This document shows, in pieces, positions 38,201-49,100 of a stretch of DNA of 64,000 nucleotides. Position 1 is the stretch's first letter, and each line of letters opens with the position of its first letter. The notes under the pieces were generated by a model that saw nothing but the letters and a program-made list of their open reading frames with translations, was not told the DNA's origin and searched no databases. The translations under genes were made by a program, and so were the position numbers. The DNA lies in assembly GCA_046563655.1 (NCBI GenBank), contig CM102284.1, positions 5,022,001 through 5,086,000 of the forward strand. The letters run 5' to 3'. The stretch comes from Yuukianura sp. NJ FZ-2021. Taxonomy: Eukaryota.

Positions 38201-40110
38201 CTAGATATTGATGCTGTGGTATATACGGCGTTCGAGATGTAAAATTCGGAGGAGTGTAGGAGTGCCCTTGACCGTGTCCGTGACGCATTTCAGGATTATA
38301 AGTATCGTAGAATTGATTCTCCCGGTGAAACATCTGATCAACTGGAGAACTATGTTTGCCTTGTATTTGGAATTGAGCTTCATGAGGACTCATCTGTTTC
38401 TGCTGAGTGTCCTTGAGGACGTCGGGTGACGTTTCATTAAAATTTCGGTCCACCGAGAATTGTGTCTGAAAGTTTGTTTTCTTCCGTTTCGTCGTAACAT
38501 TATTCGACTCGTCTCCCTTCGCTTTTGACTTCGGTGTTCGTCTGATTTTCGGTTTTGTCACAATTGCGGGACTTATATCTTCAGACGGAGGTTGAGGGAA
38601 ACCTTCTGGAACTTCGGAAGACAACTGGGTTGTATTTTCGTTGGCTAAACTTAGGCTTGGTCTTCCGCGACCTCTACCTCGACCCCTACCCGCTCCTCTC
38701 GTTGTGGTCTGTGTCCTTCCTCTTACGCGCGACAGCCCTCTCGTTGATCTCGGCGTTGGAATGGGATTTGTTGGAAGTGTAGCATTGTAGGAATTAGGGA
38801 AATCAATTGGAGCGAAACATGATGAAGCTACAGAAACTTCTCTAGCCTGTCGATCATCTTCTGATGTTACATCCGGAACTGATGAAGGTATTTGACCTTT
38901 CCTACCTCCTCGTCCCCTGCCACGTCCTCTTCCTCTGCCAACTGCCTTCTGTACTAAGGCTCGAGCTCTCTGTGCTTTCAGTCTTGCACGCCTCATATCG
39001 TGCCTATTTGTGTGACCAAGCCGAGACTTGAGGTTATTCAGTGATAAACTTTTTCTTGCTGCGGCCGACAACGTGGTAATGTCCGGTGACAGGTCCCTGT
39101 TCACGGCAGAATCTTCTTCCTCCAGATTACTTGCAAACTGCAACTGTGAAAACTCCGTCATTTCCGTTTTAATTTCTGGTTTGATATTTGGAATGAAACA
39201 TTCGTCCTGTTTTAGCAGTTTTGCTGCTTTCAAGATTGGGTCATCCTCAGCAAATCCTGTAGAATTGATGTCCTTTTTCTCGTCCTTGACCTTGACATCT
39301 TCGTCCACAACGCCACATTGTCTGAGTCGCCTTTCCACTATTTGCTCAACAAGTTCTTGTTGAGTAATAATCGGCTTTATCATACATGTCGCAGCAATTG
39401 TTTCACAGTAGCCTTCTTCTATCCATCCCTGTGTCGTCAAATCTCCCGACAACCTATAAAGTGGAACAAGGGGCATTTTGTACTTTTTCCGTGTTAGCTA
39501 ACAGTCGCGAATTTAAATTTGCAAGTTGTTACATACGTGTCAGCGATTACTTCCATCCGTTCATCTGAAGCAACTCGCCTAACTTCGGCTTTGTGTCGAG
39601 ATTCCGGTATGTGGAACCAGTTCCTGATGGACTCGATTATCTTCCGTTTCGGCCCATCCAGTGCCCCAGACATCCTCATAGCACTCATGAATTCACAGTA
39701 AGCGCTCAATTCTGAAAATCAAACACAAGTTAGCACATATTAATTTTGGTTCCTTTTTTAAGTCATCCCATTCAACCTATCAATAGAAATCCTTAAAACA
39801 AACGATTATTCTTTGACATTCTAATCGTCGTAAGAAATGGCTGAGTGGCTGGATGAAACTAAAGAGGTCCGTCATCATCATCCATTCGATTCTGCCCGAT
39901 CATCCTAGTGGTAGGTAGAGACAAAGTACCTACTAAACAGTTCATGCTGCAACCTATTACATTCTCATTCTCAGCAATAAAATTAGAATTGTTTCATTTA
40001 GATTTAGCAAATTAACCAAACCGAACATCACCTTGCGCTCGTAGAAGTCGCTGACATTCAGTACGGAGGTCCTCGCAGAAAATCATTCTTTTTATTTTGT
40101 CGTTCTCCAT
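35220..40110 (-). CDS. EMSY: EMSY-like ENT-domain protein with RG repeats and long S/T/P-rich disordered region (about 9 exons)
   Basis: Spliced ECQRLLRAQ|ELSAYCEFMSAMRMSGALDGPKRKII...HIPESRHKAEVRRVASDERMEVIADT|LSG...W..EG matches the EMSY ENT domain (exons 40110-40032, 39711-39537, 39453 onward). Ends ...TEVK|TSEPSE*. Confidence 0.8.
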
Positions 40111-41122
40111 CTTGGTTTCCGTCGGACTGCTCTCCTCTCCTGCAACGTACTAAGAGAAGGAACAACAAGAACAACCGTCCGGTAAGGCTTTTTCCTAGTT
40201 ACAACTCAATTATTTGACAGTTCCTCACGAATTTCACGGTCCGGGGGAATTTTCAGTGATGACAACTGTATTTTGAAGGGATCCCATTTCACAATTCACA
40301 TTTTAGCGCAACGATTTAGCAGATTACCTTAATTTTAAATACGAATAACAACCATAGCTCTAAAGGGTAAAACACAAACACTTTTATAAAGTTTGAGTTT
40401 TGCTTTCATTCGGTCAATTTTTTTTATATGTATTCTTCATCCCAAGTGATAAAAAAAATCAAAAATGTAAAATTGATATTTTTCCACCACAAAATTAAAC
40501 GCCGTTCGTCAAAAAATCTCTATCCAGTTTACTTTCTCCCACCTTTGGCGGGCATCAAAACATAATTTTTAACTACATTGTATTTAATCTAATGTAGCAA
40601 AGTTAATTCAGAACATAATGGGTTTCACTCTTTCACTTTTTAATTGATAAATTTTATATGTCAATATATTCGTCATTTATTTAGCGTTTTACCACGCTTT
40701 TTTGCGAACAAAGTGGCGCAGGGCGTGTAGTGTAGTTAGCTGCTACTCCAGTCCTTTAAATTTTACTAAAATTAAATTCTCCGCGTCAAAACTAGAGCGG
40801 GAGTTCAATTAACTCAAAGTTTTGATTGATGTTTCCATTTTAATAACCGGTAGATGACGCTCTTACTTGTGTCCTTATACCAACGAAACTGACAAAGTAG
40901 GTCGTTGACCTGATGTACACTTCCTGAGGTCACAGAGGTCACGGTCTATCACATCATAATTCACATTTTCACTGCCGTTCTACAAGACGCTTTCAACTTT
41001 TAAGTAAACAGTAACTTTAGATGATAGGATACAATTTGGAAAAGAAAGGAATTCAAGTTAATTCAAAAGTCGAAGTTCAGGGAGCTATATTTTGATTTTT
41101 CATTTAAAAAATTGTGAAAATT

Positions 41123-42294
41123 TTAATTTTCGTTGGATTGGCCGCCTTCTTCCGAAGATTCGTCGTCATGCTCATCTTTAGTCAAATTTTGTTCAAAAGT
41201 AGCCAGGGCCCTTGCAACAGAATTGTCAAGTACTTCACAAAGAAAGTTCTGGGCTTGTGAACATGGAGCTCCCTTGAAGTAGAAACTGTTCAAACGAATT
41301 GAGTAGGACAGTTTAAGGCATCCTGGAGAATTGCTACTGTTGTCATTTTCATTCCAGAAACGTTTGTCCAGGTCCACTTGTGTTCCAGATTCAGACCAAA
41401 TCCAAATCAAGCCTGGATTAAGTCCACCAGTCCAGTAGTCCGTTGACGCTGAATTTCTGTTTGTATAAATTCAAAACTGCAGGGTTTGACATTTCAAACA
41501 ATTTTTCAAGCTCTTTCTACCTGACATTTGTGTATTTTGCCAAATATGTTGAAATTCTGTGATAGTCGGAGTAGGTCAACGTTTCAGCTAGTCGTCCACC
41601 GAATTTGGCGCATTCGCTGGCAGCAGTTTTCCAGTCTGCCACAGTTCCAGCTTTTTCAAACGAACTGATGTGGTAACACTTCCCGCGAATTCCATCAATC
41701 TGTACAAATTTTTCTGGACAATTTCCTGTTAAAGAAAAAATTGCAACGTACAGTACCCCCTTACATAAGAATTACATTTCAAAAAGGTCAAAGGTCAAGC
41801 AAAAGCGACTGACCTCTTATGATTCCAGTTCCTTGAGTTGGTTTGTCCTTTCCAGTTAGAAAGTGAACAATACTTTCCAGCGTCTTGACTCTATTTTCCA
41901 GTGCATCCATTCTTCCCACCAGTTTCTCCATTGCATTTAGCAGTTGCATGTCAATTGCTGAAATTGATGGATGGTTCTGTGTAGACTGCGGCGGTGTACC
42001 GCTTCCCTGGCTCTGCAGGTCACCGTAGTGGTCATTTGTTCCAGAACCAGGCAAGTATACTGGTGGCCTTGGGCGTACCGGTGGTCCTGACAATATTTTA
42101 CTAGTTTTATTTAAAACCACGATTGGCGTATCCTCATGGTCAAAGGTCATTGGGGCACGAACTGATTCTGAACTCGTTTCGACTGCGTAGTCCGGATTTG
42201 CTAAAATTCTCAATTGCGGATTTACTGTCAACACGAATTCAACACCGCAACACACTAAAACAATTAAAACTGAAAACTTTCTAGAAAATTTCAT
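41123..42294 (-). CDS. Secreted C-type lectin domain protein with coiled-coil neck; exons 42294-41814, 41725-about 41521, about 41457-41123
   Basis: Signal peptide; heptad LLNAMEKLVGRMDALENRVKTLE; CTLD motifs CPEKF..KCY, DWKTAASEC..GGRLAE, YWTGGLNPGLIWIW, CLKL, C..AQNFLCE. Confidence 0.88.
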
Positions 42295-42914
42295 TGCTTA
42301 ACAAACTTTTTTTAGGAACTACGAATAAGCAAATTGTTGAATTGATGAATGACAGATGAGCTATGAAAAATACAAGCAAATTCTGACTTTGTTGTAGTAC
42401 ATCAGGAAACAGTGAACTGAGCAATGGTGTTTGTGTTGCAACAATGGAAGTTCCGTTTCATTTGACTATTTTGGTGATGCACCAACTACTAATGGTAATG
42501 CAATAGGGGAAAGTAAAAGTGGGTTTGCCCTTTGATGGCATCATTTAGAAATTCCATCCATTGACACATTTCCAACTAAAAGTTACCATTTTTGGGAAAT
42601 AGAAATGAGTTCCCAGAGGCATGATAACCGAGATGCAACTGCGCTAAGCTTTACTTTTTGGAAAAAATGACAAAATAAAACCAATGTGACATGAACGGAA
42701 TAATTTTGCCATAGTTTATATGCCGGAAGATGGAAAAAAGATTCTTTTTATTGTTGGAAGCAGACGCCGCATTAAAATTAATTCCTTTCTTCCTTGGTTT
42801 TAAACAAAAAATACCCTTTCTCGAATGAAAAAAAAATTATTCGGCGTTAGGGTTCAATTATAATCAAATTATTTTTTCAATTTTTTTCTATTTCCAAAAA
42901 AATTGGTTCTTTCG

Positions 42915-43120
42915 AAAAATGTGTGCGCCAAATTATGTAAAATGCTGTTTCGCAATATAAGCTGGTGGTGGGGTCACATAAATCACTACAGAGTGGAACT
43001 GCCTACAAGATTGCAAAAACTTTGAAAATTCACATTCGAAGTCGGAGCGATATCTAGGGAAATCCACGCGACACTTAACTGAAACTATTTTTTTAAACTG
43101 TAAAAACTTCGAAAACAAGT
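42915..43120. repeat. Partial copy (AT-rich subunit) of the dispersed repeat family
   Basis: ccaaattatgtaaaatgct..t.gcaatataag...cacataaatc...gtggaa...caaaaactttgaaaatt matches about 44826-44945. Confidence 0.65.
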
Positions 43121-44254
43121 TTAGTATACAACTATTTACTCCGCTTTGCACAGAACTTACGACTGATTTTGTATATTCAGCGAACGCTAATTAACGCCTC
43201 CTGATTGAAAACTAATCCTATTGGTTAATTAACTTATTTAATTAAGTGTTTTAAGTTTGTGGTTTTACTTTTACTATTATTTCTACATTTAGTTGAACTA
43301 ACACTTCGTTGCTACTAAAATTTCGTTGATTTACGATTAACTAAACTGCGAAAGTTATTAATTAATTAGCAGAAGTGTTTTAATAAGCCAGGGAAGTTAG
43401 TTTTTTTTATTATAATTTTATCTATCCCAAAATAAATAGTTTTTTTTGTAGGGTCAAGATTATTATAATTTTTTTCAGAATTTAAAAAATTTATTATTAC
43501 ACTATTATCAGGGGTGTTTTCTCGAAATTTTTGTATTGAGGTATGCATCGGTGTTCTGTTTGTAGCATCTTTAGCATAAAATCATGTAGTATTTTTAGAA
43601 ATTTTGATCGCTGGAAAGTTGATATTTTCTAAAAATTTGTTGAAAAAAAACTTCTGGAAGTTTTTATTTTGGTTAAGTTAGACGCCAGTTAAAATTAAAA
43701 ATATGTCAGCCTTTGCATTTTAGTTTTTATTTCTAGGTCAGGAATTTTTAATTTTTCAGGTGGAATGAAATTTCAACATTTTCTAAAAAGTTTCCTTGAA
43801 AATTGCAGGCCATGTTTCAGCGTTGAATCTCCAGTGGGATATAAATGGACATGTGAATCTTTGTCACGAGAAAAGGGATTTGACGCGAATCGAGCCGTTT
43901 GTACATCAGCGACTGCGTACCAAGCGATTTGTAACCTCTCCGGAGCTCCTATCGAAGACTCAGAACAATGCGTCAGCCGTTGAGTTTTGACGCTAAAATC
44001 GTTTTTCTATTTTACATCAAAGGATTGAGAATTGACTTGGTTAATTGTGATGTCTAAATCTGATTAATTGTTTAGAACTTAATTTAATTTAGCTCCCTCT
44101 ACTCAGTTCCACCTTTCATAAAAATCTGAGTGGTTATTTTAAGAATTTAGCATTGAATCTGCATTAAATAAACGAATATTTAATTTACTTTGTTTTTTTA
44201 AATCTAATCTATGAATTTATTCAAAATTTGCAAAAATTTTGATCGTCGGGGTGC

Positions 44255-45620
44255 ATTTTGTAAAAAAATTGCACAGAATTATGCGAAATAATATTCTGCA
44301 ACTGGAACCGGCCGATGTAGTCGCAGAAGTTGCAAAAAAGTTGAAATTATTACGAATTTTGTGATTTGAGAAACTGAAAAGTGTACGGACTGAATTTGGT
44401 CGATTTGAGATAGGGGATTATACGAAGGGAAGAGGCAGGTAGCCCCTCTCTGCTTTTGGGATTTTTGTATGGGAAGGCCGCCAGCGGGAAAAAAGTGGAG
44501 GAAGGAGAGGAGCCTTTCTGACTCGCCTAATCTCCGCATAGCTCCGGACAGTTTCCAAGCCGTGCCTACCCTTTCACAATGTAAAATCTCTTTCCAAAAT
44601 TTCAGAAAATTCAAAAACTTTAAAAATTCATATCTCTGGAATGGAATGCAATAAATTGCTAATCTCTTCACGCCTAAACTCAGAATGATCAGAAGAATTT
44701 TTTAAACCCAAAAAATCGAAATCGAAATTTTGATTGATTTTTACCAAAATCCCTGAACTATAGTCCAGGGATTTTTGCAAAATTTGGCAAAATTTTGAAC
44801 GTGCGGTTTTTGGACAATGTTTGCACCAAATTATGTAAAATGCTATTTTGCAATATAAGTTAGGCCGGTGGAGCCACATAAATCTTTGCAAAGTGGAATT
44901 TTTGCAACTCCTGGCAAAATTCCAAAAACTTTGAAAATTGATATTCGGGGTGGGACGAAGCGGTGTCATGAGGCAATCTGAACTTAGTGACGACAGTGAA
45001 CTCAAAGTGCTAAGCATTTTTTTAATTTTTAAAAACTTGCAAAAAACTTTTGGATGATATTTTTTTGAAAACATCCCTACATCATAGTAGTGCCAGGTTT
45101 TTTTTTTTGGCAAAATTTCAAAGGCACGTTTTTTGCAAAATCTTCGCAAAAAATTTGCGGAAATATGTGTGCAAGTTGAGTTGAGCGATAGAGTCTAAGA
45201 AATAAGTTGCAACTTAAATTTTTAAAAAGTTTTCTAAAGCGGGGAATGGTGCTTGTGTTTTTGAAATTTTGTAAAGAGTCTTTAACATAAGAGGCCTTCA
45301 AGAGAGCAGAAAAGTTGACAGGGAATCATACGAAGCGAAGAGGCGAGATAGGTCTTTTGGTCTTGTGTGCTTTTTGTATGGGAAGGCCGCCAGCGGGAAA
45401 AAAGGTGAGGAAGGAGAGGAACCTTTTTCGGTCGCCTAATCCCCGTATAGCTCCTGTCACTTTTTCAGAGGAACGCTCAGCCTCGCCAGATCATATATCT
45501 TTCCAAAATTTGAGAAAATTATGTAACTTTAAAAATTCATATCTCACGAACGTAATGCAATAAATTGTTAATTTTTTCACAATTCATTTCACTATGATCT
45601 GACGATATTTTTGAACTATG
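44255..45620. mobile_element. Two tandem copies of the dispersed composite repeat
   Basis: Cores at 44412-44700 and 45303-45612, separated by AT-rich subunits related to 33738-34000 and 42915-43120. Confidence 0.75.
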
Positions 45621-46131
45621 CACTACATAATAAGTTCCATTTTGGCATTTCTTGCAGCATTGACTAAAGGTAATTTTATTGTGACTTCTTCAGTTCAAAA
45701 TTAAGTAAATTACTGGCAGTTGTACTATTTTTTTTTTTTGGTTTTTCGCTCTATATTTTATATCTGCAAATAAATATGCTAGTCATCTAATTCGAAAGAA
45801 TCTTAGAACTTAATGCGGCTAGAGTTTGAGCGTGACTTAGGTTTTCAAAGAAACAAATTGGACAAAATGGTTTGAAATGGTGATCTTTCCTGGACTGGCC
45901 GAAGGGTGTCAAAGGTCACGGGTCAAAGGTGTAACAACATTTTTTTTTATATAAAAAAAAAGTACTACTGGCATCAGCTTGTTCGTGGGTTACTACTGGT
46001 TCTTCGATTAAGTTTTAGAGTTCTTTCGAAATTCATTCAAGTACGATATCAGAAATCTTTTGAAATCTGCAACAAACTTCGTAAAGCTTGCGTTCAAAAT
46101 AATCACTGGGGAATTCAATAATTTATGATTG

Positions 46132-49100
46132 CTAGGTTCCGCTAACGAGTTTGAATCTTCCAAGACCAAGTCCAACTGGATGATGTTGATTGACCATGCT
46201 ACACATGCTTCTGGATTTGGCAGTCACAGGAGGGTATCGCCTAGGATTCGGTTCGGGTTCGTCAATTTGGTCATCCGAAGAGCTCATTGCTGTCAGAAGT
46301 GAAAGCAAATTGGAAGTTGTTGTCTCTGGTTGTCTCTTAGGTCCATGTTTCGACCCAGTTGTCACCTATGAGGCGAAGAAACATAAGGTAATTGCAATTT
46401 GAAGTTTTAATTATTGAAATTAGCTGCACTTAAGCTAACCTTAGCAAAATGTGATCCTTGGCTCTGGAAGGAGTTGACTTCCGGCATGTCCGTGGCCGTT
46501 GACCATTGACTAATGTTGTCCTCCAAGCCAACATGATGCTTTCTCCACACGTCACGAGATCCGCGACTAGTTTGAGGCTTCTGAGCTACCCAAGATTTCT
46601 TTTGAACCCTGAAAAAAGTGAAACAGTTTCGCTAGTTTAAAATTACAGTAATTGGATTCCGGAAAAGCGATTTGCAACAGAAATTTTATGTTAGGTTAAC
46701 GTTAGATTTGTAACTTACATTGGAGAGTTTTCGTAGGACTTGGAAATAATTTCAGCGACTTCCATTCCACCCGAAGACACTTCACCATCTTCAGACAAGT
46801 CGTTGTCCGCGGAGTGGGATTGTACATAAGTTATTCGTTTCTTTATGACCGGAATTGGTTTTGAAACAGGAACATTACCGTACGGACTACCGATACTGGC
46901 AGTACTTCCATTCGTCATTGGAAAAGCATTCGTAGAGTGATTTCGAAACAGAGGATACGCTGTTGCTAACTTATCGTAGCTTCTTGTGGTATCATGCTGA
47001 AGTGGCGGGGCATTGAAGTAGTTAAGGCTGCTGCTGGATCCGGATCCTCTGCTGTGTGTCGGATGTCGCATTTTCTGAAACGAATATTGATAATTCGTCA
47101 TTCTGGATTGATCGGAAGAGTCAACGGAGTCGACGCTACGTTCTCGACATCGTGGACCTGGAACAGCCTCTGTTTCAATTGGTTTGACGCGAACGATTGA
47201 CGGTACAGACGTAAGTCTATTGAACATTTGCACACGATCGTGAAGACTGAGCTTCGACGGTTCAGAAGACGACATTCCATTGGCCGTCAATAAATTCAGT
47301 TTCGTTTTTGGCGTGTTGCGGTGTATCGGCGCAGACTTGAATCGGTCCTTGTCTTCAACGGGACTAAATTGATGCTCAAACTTGTCTGGCAGTTTCAACT
47401 GTGACCTTGGACTTGAAAGTGGGGAAAATGCTTGTCCCTTTACAGGCGAGGGAAGCCCAAGATCATTACCCACCACCGAACGATTCGCTGGTTCAATTTT
47501 GTTATCATTGGTGTCCAAATTCCTCCATTTGCTAAATCGTTGCTTGTGTTCCAGCTTCATAAAGTGTGTCGCCTTTTGTGCAACTGTCATGGACAAAATC
47601 GGTTCCGATTCAGGTTCAGGTGCGATCAGACTCCTCATAACTGGATCAGGCTTGTCTTCAGATTCGCTGTTGGTCAGTGAAGAATTGGACGTGGGATTTG
47701 AAGGATTGACTTTCTCAAAAAATCTTTTCAAAAACGATGGCTGATTTGAAGAAATTCTAGACCAGTATGATGGAAGTGTTCCGGTGGATGGACTTTTCTT
47801 GACTCCTTTACTACTTGTCGCTTCTTCTTCTTTTGCAGTCACTTTTTTCGCTGAATTCCCTGAAGTTTCGCGCATCAAAAGTCGCCTTAGTCCACTCATT
47901 CCTCCAATTGTTGGCGATTCTTTTTCTTTGGGCGGATCGGCTACAGTTGGGGACGACGATGTAATTTTATTGGCTGGTGACGCTCGGGTAACGCCCTCGT
48001 TAGAATGCCGAGGCGGAGATAGTAGTTGACCTCCTTTGACCTATGACATTTCAATTCCAGTTTATTTTTTTGGGCAAAATTGACACTTCTACGTAGGAAG
48101 TTGTCAAGTTGTTTGAAATAGTAAAAAGTTTAATTTAAAATCAAACCTCCGCAATTTTCGTTTTTGTCGACGAAGGAATTTCATTTGAAGTGTCCAAGGA
48201 GCTTTGATTTTGGCGAAGTTGCCAGGATGGCATGCAGTTGCTTGTACTTCCACATCCAGTTTTGACATTATTCCCATTTTTCGGTGTCATTCCACGAGTT
48301 CGGGCAGAAGGAATTGGCGAAAGACCTAAAGTGAAAAATAAACAGTCAAGAAGTAATCATTTTGATTTAAGAGACATATTTGCTCAAATGTCAAAGGTCA
48401 AACGCTTTACCTTTCAAATCGGCGTTGTAACTGATGTGTATTGTTGGAATTTCAATATTTTTATGAAAAATGGGCTTTGTAGCAGCATTAAGTTTCAAAA
48501 ATAAAACTAGGGATTTTGGAGTTAGAGATCTTCAGAATTTTGAATTTTTGTTATTCAGACAGAAACACGACACGCCACTCTCTAAAAACCTAAGGAAAAA
48601 GACAACAACTCAAGGTCAAAGGTCAAATTAATAAAAAGTAAACGTTTTATTAGCCATTTTGGTGCAGCTATCAAGCTATAAGGCCAATCATTCGTGCAAA
48701 AGCGATTTACATTTCTCTAAGAAATCTACATAAACTGAATTGTCTATAACAAAAATGTAGTAATATCAGAATGTCTTTTCATAATTTCTTTTTAATAATT
48801 ATGATTTAAGGTTAACTTTTTAGTGACCAAACGACAAATTTTAATTTTCCTCTAAAACAGAACTACGAATTTGATAGCAATTTTTCATACTTTATGCCTG
48901 TTTGATTTTAATTAGGTATTTTTTTTTCGAAGGTTTAGTACCTGTGATTAAAACTATCTTTTTTTTGGTCGGTGGTTATGGTTGTAAAATTGGGTTTCAA
49001 CTTTTCAAAAAAGAAAAGAGTTTTTTGTGCTTCCACGCGCTAAAAACAGAAATGAATTTTTGAAAATGTAAATCCAGCGATCAACCTCCTGTGAGGATGA

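Noticed and set aside
43130-43600. AT-rich stretch faintly resembling mitochondrial 16S rRNA (NUMT)
   Set aside because: Only short, weak word matches (cgcctcctgattgaaaac, ctgtgcaaag), in inconsistent orientation.
34019-45563. Similar ORFs at 34019-34234, 44279-44671 and 45315-45563 as a protein family
   Set aside because: They are translations of the non-coding repeat; frame and strand are not conserved between copies.
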